39,504 bases of DNA from a virus. Taxonomy: Duplodnaviria > Caudoviricetes. The position numbers and the translations under genes were made by a program. The notes beneath the pieces are model-generated. The model was not told the DNA's origin and did no database searches. It saw only the letters and a program-made list of their open reading frames with translations. Below, piece after piece: positions 27,831 through 35,224 of this stretch. Each line of letters opens with the position of its first letter. The stretch's first letter is position 1. The stretch covers positions 1-39,504 of IMG/VR virus record IMGVR_UViG_3300025312_000115; one strand, written 5' to 3'.

Positions 27831-28283
27831 CTAGCTTTCGCTCCCACCCTCAATACTTTCGCCCGGTTGGGTTGATAATCTCAGGTGATATCTACGTCGG
27901 CAGAGTACACAGGATGCTAACATATCGGTTGTGGTGATTGGGTCGTTGGCTGGGCCGGTCACCCCGTAGGCCGCTTTGTAGGGGGTGCGTAGAAGGGCTT
28001 GGAGTCGGGCGGTACCGGGCGTTACAAGTCCGCAAGACTTGCCCGTAGCGACCGCTGGCGAACCCGTGGCCCCCAAAACGGACACGTCCACCGCACCGCA
28101 GTCCCAACACGCCATATCTTGTACGATCATCGCTTTTAGAAACTTAGCAACCTGAAACCGCTCAACTCGTCTAAGAGCATCACTACAGGTGTAGTCCTCT
28201 TGATAGGAGCAGAAGATCTGATCGTTGCGATGAGGGGTGAAGGTTTTGAGACAAACAATGCAGGTGCGGGGCGGATAATCCAT
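27831..28283 (-). CDS. Cys-rich protein, possible degenerate HNH or Zn-finger
   Basis: CxxC..FCS...C, then CWDC and CVLCRRRYH. Confidence 0.5.
   Translation of the reverse strand: MDYPPRTCIVCLKTFTPHRNDQIFCSYQEDYTCSDALRRVERFQVAKFLKAMIVQDMACWDCGAVDVSVLGATGSPAVATGKSCGLVTPGTARLQALLRTPYKAAYGVTGPANDPITTTDMLASCVLCRRRYHLRLSTQPGESIEGGSES
28023..28040 (+). repeat. Palindromic motif copy 3 (TACAAGTCCGCAAGACTT)
   Basis: Exact match to 13305-13322; sits at the apex of a larger GC-rich inverted repeat (28009-28055). Confidence 0.7.
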
Positions 28284-28287
28284 AACT

Positions 28288-28470
28288 TTATATATCTCCT
28301 TCGTGCGGCCACGTCACGATTACGCCATCTCGATCTTTGAAGATTCGTACTATTGCGGGGCGTCCAGCGGATTGGCAGATTGGGCATAGTGCGCGTTTGT
28401 GCTCCCAATCTATAGAGGATGGGATAGGTTCGCTTTTACTACCGGAGCAGTCGGAGTGTATGATTGGCAC
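28288..28470 (-). CDS. Small Zn-ribbon-like protein
   Basis: HxxC...CPIC...H; abuts its neighbours. Confidence 0.5.
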   Translation of the reverse strand: MPIIHSDCSGSKSEPIPSSIDWEHKRALCPICQSAGRPAIVRIFKDRDGVIVTWPHEGDI

Positions 28471-28791
28471 TTAACTTTTCCCCTGTCCATTGATAGCAGC
28501 GCGATACGCATCCATATCGGCATTCTTCAGTGCCTCAATTGCTGGCTTGCCACCACCTTCTGTATCGCCATTATCATAGGTCTCTGCAAGGCGGCTGAGC
28601 CATAAGCAAGCTGTTTCTAGCGCCATCGCTTTACGCTCTAGTTCGTCTAGCAACTCGGGCAGAGCGTTCACAGCACGAAGGATGAGGGCGGTTGGCAAAG
28701 TCCTGCTGCCACTTACAGGGTCACGCGGCGGTATGCCAGCCAGCAGCTTCCGCAGCCTCGCGATTGTCTCGGGGGTTGTCTCGGGGGTCAT
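28471..28791 (-). CDS. Hypothetical protein (Ead/Ea22-like 'AVNALPELLDELE' helix)
   Basis: Start ATG 28791 is coupled by an ATGA overlap to the upstream micro-ORF. Confidence 0.6.
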   Translation of the reverse strand: MTPETTPETIARLRKLLAGIPPRDPVSGSRTLPTALILRAVNALPELLDELERKAMALETACLWLSRLAETYDNGDTEGGGKPAIEALKNADMDAYRAAINGQGKS

Positions 28792-28874
28792 GACAGCGCT
28801 TCCGCAATCACGATGAGAGCCATCCCTATAAGAGCGCATCCAAAAAGCCATTCAGCCCAATTATCGTAGTTCAT
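28788..28874 (-). CDS. 28-aa hydrophobic micro-protein (absent from the ORF track)
   Basis: MNYDNWAEWLFGCALIGMALIVIAEALS*; ATGA overlaps at both ends; GGGAGG upstream. Confidence 0.6.
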   Translation of the reverse strand: MNYDNWAEWLFGCALIGMALIVIAEALS

Positions 28875-29047
28875 GACTTCTTTTCCTCCCACGACAACGA
28901 CACACTGCCCTTGTCATTCCCGTACACCGAGTTCTTGAAGTCCGTTAGACGCGCTTCGTCTCTCTCGACAAAGTCGGCTAATTGCCGAAGCAGGGCGGCT
29001 GCGAATGCCGCGTTAGGGATTCCACGCATTTCATCAGCGAGGGTCAT
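28871..29047 (-). CDS. Small hypothetical protein
   Basis: MTLADEMRG...; AGGAG RBS; ATGA overlaps. Confidence 0.55.
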   Translation of the reverse strand: MTLADEMRGIPNAAFAAALLRQLADFVERDEARLTDFKNSVYGNDKGSVSLSWEEKKS

Positions 29048-29217
29048 TCGGTCTCTCCTATCAGCCGGTCGGCCTCTGGCGGGTAGAGCGTTGCAATAAC
29101 GAAGAAGCACACAGAACACTGTAGGTCAGTGCCTTCCTCCAACTCATCAAGCAGTAACCGCTGGATGGTCGCGCAGTTATCACAATAGATGCGCTGGCCT
29201 TCTACTGGTTGCTTCAT
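29044..29217 (-). CDS. Small Zn-ribbon protein
   Basis: MKQPVEGQRIYCDNC...CSVC; AGGAG RBS; ATGA overlaps. Confidence 0.6.
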   Translation of the reverse strand: MKQPVEGQRIYCDNCATIQRLLLDELEEGTDLQCSVCFFVIATLYPPEADRLIGETE

Positions 29218-29248
29218 GACCCCTCTCCTGTCAGCCGGTCGGCCTCTG
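29053..29248. repeat. 26-bp direct repeat, 2 copies 170 bp apart
   Basis: CTCTCCT(A/G)TCAGCCGGTCGGCCTCTG at 29053-29078 and 29223-29248. Confidence 0.9.
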
Positions 29249-29570
29249 CGATGGAGGCTCCGAGTTCTTTGAAGTTCCATCCATAAAACTCAGCCTCCAT
29301 CTCCTTTTTTGTCGCGTCCCTGAGCCGCTTGAGGGCAGCGGTGAGATCGGCGTTACGCTTCTGACTAGATCGTAACCATCCCCACCATTCATCATGCGTC
29401 GGCCCTTCTTCCAGACACTGAACATCTCTGCTTAGTACGAGATTGAATATCTCTAATTGGGTGTTACGCTCACGGAGATCCTTGTAGTGTTCGACTAGAT
29501 CTAGAAACGTTTTGGTAGTCGCCCGTTCCCACATTGCGGCTAGTTCGATGTCCGTAAACGGCTCAGTCAT
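29214..29570 (-). CDS. Hypothetical coiled-coil protein
   Basis: 118 aa, overlaps its neighbours. Confidence 0.6.
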   Translation of the reverse strand: MTEPFTDIELAAMWERATTKTFLDLVEHYKDLRERNTQLEIFNLVLSRDVQCLEEGPTHDEWWGWLRSSQKRNADLTAALKRLRDATKKEMEAEFYGWNFKELGASIAEADRLTGEGS

Positions 29571-29754
29571 CTTGCGTCTCTAGAGCCTCTAGAATTTCGT
29601 AGGACGGTTCAGGATGACTACGCATCTCATGTTCGTAGATGCTCCACCAGACTCGTGAGAATGCGGGGCAGTAGTGACACTTGAAGATTAGCTCGCCCGG
29701 CTTCGGATAATATCGTGGATCATTTGAGACTGTTACTGGTGGATGTACGGCCAT
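29563..29754 (-). CDS. Small C2H2-type zinc-finger protein
   Basis: 'FKCHYCPAFSRVWWSIYEHEMRSH' = C-x2-C-x12-H-x4-H. Confidence 0.65.
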   Translation of the reverse strand: MAVHPPVTVSNDPRYYPKPGELIFKCHYCPAFSRVWWSIYEHEMRSHPEPSYEILEALETQDD

Positions 29755-29939
29755 TAACCTCTCCCCTTATACGTAGCGATGACAGTTACTGCTAGAAAAG
29801 TAAGAACCAAGATCGGTGTAGTAATTAGCGGCCAGCGAGTTATGGCCTCAACTATTACAGTGAGTGTGCCTATCAAAGCACATCCAGCAATGATAATCCA
29901 GCACAGCATGGATACAACAAACCATTCGTTCTTACCCAT
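29754..29939 (-). CDS. Small 2-TM membrane protein
   Basis: MGKNEWF...; two hydrophobic helices. Confidence 0.55.
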   Translation of the reverse strand: MGKNEWFVVSMLCWIIIAGCALIGTLTVIVEAITRWPLITTPILVLTFLAVTVIATYKGRG

Positions 29940-30144
29940 AACTTTCCATCTCCGCTTCTTGTTGTACCTTACGTGCGAGTAGCCAGTAGCAGTCATCACA
30001 TACTGGATACGGAAGAACATCTACTGGGATCATGCACATCTCTTTGCAGACCTCACAGCGTTGAAGTTCCTCCTTCACCGGCTCACCTTCGTACTTGCTT
30101 AGTGTAAACTTCATCACTACACTCGCACTCACACTCACACTCAC
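29932..30144 (-). CDS. Small Cys-rich protein
   Basis: CEVC...CDDC; the start may instead be ATG 30114. Confidence 0.5.
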   Translation of the reverse strand: MSVSVSASVVMKFTLSKYEGEPVKEELQRCEVCKEMCMIPVDVLPYPVCDDCYWLLARKVQQEAEMESYG

Positions 30145-30150
30145 ACTACA

Positions 30151-31020
30151 CTACACTTTATGGTACTTGAATGTTGCTACGTTTAGTTGGAGGGGATCAT
30201 CCTCGATTGCTGGTAAGTCAATCGACATATCAGCAAAGGCTTTGGGGAAACGATTTTGGCACTCCACTGCGATGTAGCCAAATACTTGACGCATCTCAGC
30301 CTCCGCTCCTATTGCTGTCCGCATCTCGATAACATGACGTAGCTCTCGGAGGTTGGTAGTCCAGACGATATCGGTTGCTACACCGTGAGGGGCTAGACGC
30401 CTGAAGTCCGATGTCAATAATTTCTTAGTGTGGAAGTCCTTGATCTTATCGATCTCCCAGAGAGCAGCGAGTTCTTCTTGCCACTGTGAGAGGATTGCCA
30501 TCTTATGACCGAACCAATCAGCCATACCGTTCCACCACTCTTGCTGTTCAATCAGCAGCGCGTTCTCCATGCTGGGGGGAAGGAGTGAACCGAAGGACGT
30601 AGGGATGGTGTAGTTGATATCTTCAAGACGGACGTAGCGCATCGACTGTTGCGAGAATGCACCGTGGCGATGTCTTACCAATTCGTGCGTGAACACCCTA
30701 CTGACGTTACGGAGGGTAAACTGAACCGACACATGCTCTAGTACTGAGCCATGACCTGACTCTATGATGTTAGCAATGTAAGCTGCGGGATCTCCACGTA
30801 CCTTTGAGATATTGGGATTGAGTCCGGCACCGAAGCTCTTGTAGCAGACTCGTCCGGCGAACTCGATTAGCTTCTCGACATCATCATGCCAGTTGTAAAG
30901 GTCATCGTTGAAATGCCATTCATGAGCACCGATGTCGTCGAGGTAGCTTTCGATTGCCCCAATACTAGGGAGAGTCATCGCGGTGATGTAGACGTAAGGA
31001 CGTACAGGTGTGGCGGTCAC
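30151..31020 (-). CDS. thyX: Flavin-dependent thymidylate synthase
   Basis: 'GHGSVLEH', 'SRVFTHELVRHR..AFSQQSMRYV', 'NLRELRH...R'. Confidence 0.95.
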   Translation of the reverse strand: MTATPVRPYVYITAMTLPSIGAIESYLDDIGAHEWHFNDDLYNWHDDVEKLIEFAGRVCYKSFGAGLNPNISKVRGDPAAYIANIIESGHGSVLEHVSVQFTLRNVSRVFTHELVRHRHGAFSQQSMRYVRLEDINYTIPTSFGSLLPPSMENALLIEQQEWWNGMADWFGHKMAILSQWQEELAALWEIDKIKDFHTKKLLTSDFRRLAPHGVATDIVWTTNLRELRHVIEMRTAIGAEAEMRQVFGYIAVECQNRFPKAFADMSIDLPAIEDDPLQLNVATFKYHKV

Positions 31021-31199
31021 GAGAGATCACCTTCCCCATCGCTACTAGTAGGAAAGGGTGGAGTGATTCCCATTGCTTCACGCTGCATGATCAGCTTAAG
31101 ACGAAGCATATCAAGTCGGTAGCTCCACCACCCCGCCAACGTCGCCGCTCCTATCACTGTGACTATAATGATTGTAGCTGCCCAGAGTGCAGTATCCAT
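31017..31199 (-). CDS. Small membrane protein
   Basis: MDTALWAATIIIVTVIG...; GTGA overlap with thyX. Confidence 0.55.
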   Translation of the reverse strand: MDTALWAATIIIVTVIGAATLAGWWSYRLDMLRLKLIMQREAMGITPPFPTSSDGEGDLS

Positions 31200-31207
31200 A
31201 GAGGTTG

Positions 31208-31963
31208 TTAGAACTTCTTTCCGTGTTTGTAGGGGCGACCAACGTTGTAGTTGTGCTTCATCCGAGTAAGAGTGTTGATATATGCGGGGTTGATTCCTAT
31301 GAGTCCGAAGAGATCCCAAATGCGGATCATAGCGTCGATGAGTTCGATAAGTGGGCCGTCAGGTTTCCACTCACCGCGCTCGTCACGAACTAGCCACCAA
31401 GAATCTTCCGGGTGACCGTTACGAAGATGCTCGTGGAGTTCGCTTAGCTCCCCGATAATAAGGAGAATGGACTTGTGCATGTTTATTCTATCTTCATGGA
31501 AGCCATGTGCTTTGGCGTTTTGGTGTACGGCTTCTATCCATTCGGGAAGGGTATCGATTAGTTGCCCGCGATATTCAGCAGCAGCGATTAGATCACGGGC
31601 TTCTGCTGAATGACTTAGAGCTACGACTACGTTTGAAACTGTTGAGTGGGGTGGAGGCGTCTCGACTACAGCTATAGATTCATCAATAAGCGCATCGATA
31701 TGATAGCGTTTTGCACGACCACATACATAACACATATCATCTTTGATATCCCCTAACAGATAGCTTGCGCTTTCAGGATAGTGCGTCCACGGATGAGGCT
31801 TTGGCTCAAGCCGCTGCTTGATCTCTTCCCTTACCTTATTGGCGGCACAGCCGGGACAGTCAGCGTCGTGATCCTTTGGATCATAATCGAGGGAGACTCG
31901 CTGTCCACTAATTGTGTGCATGTTCTTAAGTTCACCCATAGATGTAGAGCGTTGATCAGACAT
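31208..31963 (-). CDS. MazG-like nucleotide pyrophosphohydrolase with a Cys/His-rich N-terminal extension
   Basis: 'AKAHGFHE...LIIGELSELHEHLR...ELIDAMIRIWD...KHNYNVGRPYKHGKKF'; start taken at ATG 31963 (uncertain). Confidence 0.75.
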   Translation of the reverse strand: MSDQRSTSMGELKNMHTISGQRVSLDYDPKDHDADCPGCAANKVREEIKQRLEPKPHPWTHYPESASYLLGDIKDDMCYVCGRAKRYHIDALIDESIAVVETPPPHSTVSNVVVALSHSAEARDLIAAAEYRGQLIDTLPEWIEAVHQNAKAHGFHEDRINMHKSILLIIGELSELHEHLRNGHPEDSWWLVRDERGEWKPDGPLIELIDAMIRIWDLFGLIGINPAYINTLTRMKHNYNVGRPYKHGKKF

Positions 31964-32396
31964 CGAATTTGTTACCTTCCCAGTCCCACGGCCCCACCCA
32001 TAGGGTGTTGTTGCGCCACTCTTCTTCGGATTTAACTTGGCTAGCAGCAACCGCAAACTGAACTTCTTTGACGGGCTTCTCGTACATTGCAGCGTAGGCG
32101 AGTTCGGCCTTGATCCCCTTACTGGTACGCCAACCGAACATGGTGAACACCCAGATTTCATCACAGGCATCGATCATTCGATAGTCGAACTTCTCCCAGT
32201 AGTCCCATCCTCCATCGAAGGGGCCATGCACTGCGATGTTGTGAGAGTGAGCAATGGGGGAGAATACCATTACGTTGTGCTTGGTGGAGTTCATGATAGT
32301 CGCACTCATACGCACGGCTTCCATATAACGGTATTCCCGAATCTCGGGTTGAGCATGGTTGTAGGGGGTGGCGAGATAAATGAGTGGCTTTGTCAC
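31956..32396 (-). CDS. DUF1937 / nucleoside 2'-deoxyribosyltransferase-like protein
   Basis: 'IYLATPY', 'FSPIAHSH', 'MIDACDEIWV', 'SKGIKAEL..A'. Confidence 0.75.
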   Translation of the reverse strand: MTKPLIYLATPYNHAQPEIREYRYMEAVRMSATIMNSTKHNVMVFSPIAHSHNIAVHGPFDGGWDYWEKFDYRMIDACDEIWVFTMFGWRTSKGIKAELAYAAMYEKPVKEVQFAVAASQVKSEEEWRNNTLWVGPWDWEGNKFDV

Positions 32397-32773
32397 TGAA
32401 CGGGCTCCGACTTAACAGTGTAGGGGGTGTTGAGGCTTTTTTCGGCGATCTCTGCGCTCACTATGGCATCGAGTAGAACGAGGTAAGCAATTGCGTCACC
32501 GATCTTCTCGTTCCACTGAGCGTAACTGTAGTCGTTTGGTGATGAGGCATCAACCATATCGGATAGGGAAGTTAGATGCTTGATCTGCATTCCCCAAAGT
32601 GTATCGGTGAGGGTACGACCACGAGCAGCGGCAGCACGTCGGAAGTTGTGTAGACGATCATCTTCCACACCAGCGGGTACGTACTCAGCACCCTTGACGT
32701 TAAGCCGCTCCTTCAAGTCATGGATGCGAAAGTTTACCACTCGATTGAATGCTTCAGAATTCATTATAGACAT
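32393..32773 (-). CDS. All-alpha NTP-pyrophosphohydrolase-like (nucleotide-modification-associated) protein
   Basis: 'KGAEY...DRLHNF...KH...EKIGDAIAYLVLL'. Confidence 0.6.
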   Translation of the reverse strand: MSIMNSEAFNRVVNFRIHDLKERLNVKGAEYVPAGVEDDRLHNFRRAAAARGRTLTDTLWGMQIKHLTSLSDMVDASSPNDYSYAQWNEKIGDAIAYLVLLDAIVSAEIAEKSLNTPYTVKSEPVQ

Positions 32774-32776
32774 GGG

Positions 32777-33193
32777 TTAGCTGATCCCCCTTGGCTCATC
32801 CCGAACGGGCTTCCTAACACTGTTGATGTTAGTAGGCGTACTATCGATGTGTGTAGAGGGGGAGGCTGGAGTGACTTGTACCGATTCTCGCGGGTCACCA
32901 TTCTCACCGACCTGATCAGCAGCAGTCATACAACTCATCGAGAGGGCTACAAGGGCCTTAGCCTTTTCAAGAAAGATGTTGGTCACGGCAAAGTGAATAC
33001 CGGGGTTGAAGTTTGGTGGCAGGATACCGCCCGGCCCCATCATCTTCAGAACACTGTTAAAGTTAGCGTCCGCGTTGGTAATTGCATTGAACGCATCGAT
33101 ACGGAGTACATGGGCCTGTACTCGATAGGGTAGGTCTAGTATTCCCATCTGGGGAGTGGGAGTAGTGGGAGTGGGAGTGGGTTGATCAGTCAT
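32777..33193 (-). CDS. Hypothetical protein
   Basis: AGGAG RBS; Pro/Thr-rich N-terminus. Confidence 0.6.
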   Translation of the reverse strand: MTDQPTPTPTTPTPQMGILDLPYRVQAHVLRIDAFNAITNADANFNSVLKMMGPGGILPPNFNPGIHFAVTNIFLEKAKALVALSMSCMTAADQVGENGDPRESVQVTPASPSTHIDSTPTNINSVRKPVRDEPRGIS

Positions 33194-33228
33194 TTCTTGT
33201 TATCTCCTTAGAGCTTAGAGTGGGGGTG

Positions 33229-34515
33229 TTAGTCTCGGTCGTCGTCTTTGAACGTTGGGCCGTAGATAGGTTCAATATACAGTCGTTCGTAGCCACTCCC
33301 TTGCTTGTATGGAATCTCGAAGCCAAGACTATCAGCTAGTTCCTCTAGAGCATCAGCGTCGATACTCTTACGACCCGATACACTTACCTTCTTGATACGA
33401 TGGCTGTCGGTAACAATCTTCTGCCCACTAATGGTGCGGTCACGGAACAACTCACGAAGTTCCTTAGCGCGCCGTGACATAGCCTTGATGTCGGTACGCA
33501 GAGAGACGTACTCGACAGCGAGGTTATCGAGTTCACCGAGATCCTCCCTATCACCCATATCGGGAGCGGTGAGATCAAGAAGATCGAACCCCTCGGCTGT
33601 CTTGATCTTCAGTACAGCAGGACAAATGTGGGTGAAGGGACAGAAATAGCAAGATTGAGCGTGTCCATCAAACGATGGTGGAGGAAGCTCTCCTATGTGG
33701 AGGTACTGAGCTACCTTCTCCATCTCGTCGGAGCGATTCGCGAAAAACACTGGATCGAAGCGGATGACCTCAAAGGCGTATTGCTTTGTGGCGGTGTTGA
33801 ATCCAGTGACTAGGCAGTAGGAAGGGCGGTCACACCCACGGGCCTGTAGTAAGCGCCTAAACGACTTGCTGCCAAGTATGAATTCGCGCTCTCCGGTAAG
33901 AGGATTAACTCTTGAATAATCAGACCAAAGTTCATCGTTGCTAGGATCATCGAATACTCCAAGGTAGCCGTGGATCTGGTCGAGATACTTTACGAGGAAG
34001 GGGTGAGACTTCAATCCTCCCTTTACGAAAGCTGTCCATGATTCGTCGTTCATGGTCTTGATCTCGCTAAGAAGCATCTCACCATCAGCTAGAAGTTCTT
34101 GTGCAAACTTCGGAAGATTGAAACGCGCCCACTCACTAAGCTGAGAGAGAGAATCGAGGGTGATCAGGCCGTCAGGGTGCCCCATAGTGTAGGGGTCTTG
34201 ATGAGCTACTTCAAGCTGTTCGTATCCAGTGAAGTGGAGTTGAAGCCCTTGATCAGTGAGGAAGTCATTGATCTGTGGCTCCAGTGCTGATCCCATACGA
34301 AGGGGCATCGGTGTACCACGGGGAGTCCACGAACCACTCTTGATTTGCTCCGGTAGACCAACGATCCTCGCGCCAATTACGAAGTCACAAGCACCACGCT
34401 CGCTAACTCTAAAGTAATCACGCGTACCAATGCCGGGAGCGAGATAATCGACTCCCGATTGGACTGTTGTGACTAGGGAAGTTGCTTTTGGTGACGGGTG
34501 GGACGGTACACTCAC
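33229..34515 (-). CDS. Cas4/RecB-like PD-(D/E)XK exonuclease
   Basis: 'GHPDG', 'EIKT', 'QIHGY'; N-terminal Cys plus C-terminal 'CYFCPFTHIC' (Fe-S ligand pattern). Confidence 0.8.
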   Translation of the reverse strand: MSVPSHPSPKATSLVTTVQSGVDYLAPGIGTRDYFRVSERGACDFVIGARIVGLPEQIKSGSWTPRGTPMPLRMGSALEPQINDFLTDQGLQLHFTGYEQLEVAHQDPYTMGHPDGLITLDSLSQLSEWARFNLPKFAQELLADGEMLLSEIKTMNDESWTAFVKGGLKSHPFLVKYLDQIHGYLGVFDDPSNDELWSDYSRVNPLTGEREFILGSKSFRRLLQARGCDRPSYCLVTGFNTATKQYAFEVIRFDPVFFANRSDEMEKVAQYLHIGELPPPSFDGHAQSCYFCPFTHICPAVLKIKTAEGFDLLDLTAPDMGDREDLGELDNLAVEYVSLRTDIKAMSRRAKELRELFRDRTISGQKIVTDSHRIKKVSVSGRKSIDADALEELADSLGFEIPYKQGSGYERLYIEPIYGPTFKDDDRD

Positions 34516-34520
34516 TTAGC

Positions 34521-34691
34521 TTAGACCCTCGCTTCATTGTGCTGCAAGATCGAATGTTCAATACAGTACCAGTTACAGTACGTCCTAATCTTTTCAGTGC
34601 GTAACTCACGTAAGATTAGGATCTTCCACGGTTCTAAAATGTTCTTCTTACAGTGAAAGCAAACTGGTGGGCCTTCTGGTAACTTACACAA
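34521..34691 (-). CDS. 56-aa Zn-finger (TRASH-like) micro-protein (absent from the ORF track)
   Basis: TTG start; MCKLPEGPPVCFHCKKN...RTYCNWYCIEH...; fills the gap between its neighbours with 5-nt spacers. Confidence 0.55.
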   Translation of the reverse strand: MCKLPEGPPVCFHCKKNILEPWKILILRELRTEKIRTYCNWYCIEHSILQHNEARV

Positions 34692-34696
34692 TTTAG

Positions 34697-35023
34697 CTAG
34701 TCCTGTTCGTTAAGAATAAGTCTTGTGTTAAGCTGCTCTATCACTCTATCTTTTGCCGCAAGCTGATCCCTCACACCATTGTAGAGCTTTCCTGTTGCGG
34801 TGTAAGTTGCGTGATCATAGCCAATCTCTCGATCAATTATAACATCAACCACACCCGCGCGAATTGCAGATGATTCTAACAGCTTAATGACCTTAGGTTC
34901 CCACTCGTCTAGATTATCGTAGGCCGGTGGTCTAACCTCACTCCGCGTTGTCCACCGTTCGTACTCGGCAGTAGCGTCAAGTAGCTCGGGAAATTCATGT
35001 TCTCCTAGCACGATGTGGGCCAT
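34697..35023 (-). CDS. Hypothetical protein
   Basis: 108 aa; first ORF downstream of the structured RNA. Confidence 0.6.
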   Translation of the reverse strand: MAHIVLGEHEFPELLDATAEYERWTTRSEVRPPAYDNLDEWEPKVIKLLESSAIRAGVVDVIIDREIGYDHATYTATGKLYNGVRDQLAAKDRVIEQLNTRLILNEQD

Positions 35024-35036
35024 CCTTTCCGTTGTT

Positions 35037-35189
35037 GTTGAAGGCCGGTGTGGACACCTTGAGATTATCAGTCTCTCCCGCCACTCCGTTTATCCGCAAA
35101 GCTCACGGCACTTACAGCTTTTGTCGATAACAATCACTGTACATTCCGAATAGGACTCCCTTCCCACTAGGTCTGCTCCTACCTTCAAC
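35037..35189 (-). ncRNA. Unclassified ~153-nt structured RNA (ncRNA or riboswitch-like leader)
   Basis: 5' GTTGAAGG(T) pairs with 3' (G)CCTTCAAC; five internal helices; begins 6 nt after a consensus -10; no ORF in the interval. Confidence 0.6.
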
Positions 35190-35195
35190 TACGCT

Positions 35196-35224
35196 AGTCT
35201 ACCATACCCCTATTAAAGTGTCAA
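35196..35224 (-). promoter_or_regulatory. Near-consensus sigma70 promoter
   Basis: TTGACA (35224-35219), 17 bp spacer, TG-G-TAGACT (-10 at 35201-35196). Confidence 0.8.

Noticed and set aside
28764-28787. 12-bp tandem duplication TTGTCTCGGGGG
   Set aside because: In-frame duplication encoding TPET-TPET; likely slippage with no wider pattern.
30115-30156. (ACTCAC)n microsatellite-like run after thyX
   Set aside because: Short and degenerate; no evidence of phase variation.
31964-32170. N-terminal extension of the 320-aa ORF 31208-32170
   Set aside because: Overlaps the well-supported DUF1937-like gene; a later start (31963) fits the gene packing.
35040-35085. tRNA-Ile or glycine riboswitch (CTGATAA loop; GGGAGAGAC...TCTCAAGG)
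   Set aside because: No D arm, TTC-containing T arm or acceptor stem; the glycine aptamer's internal GAAGG elements are missing.
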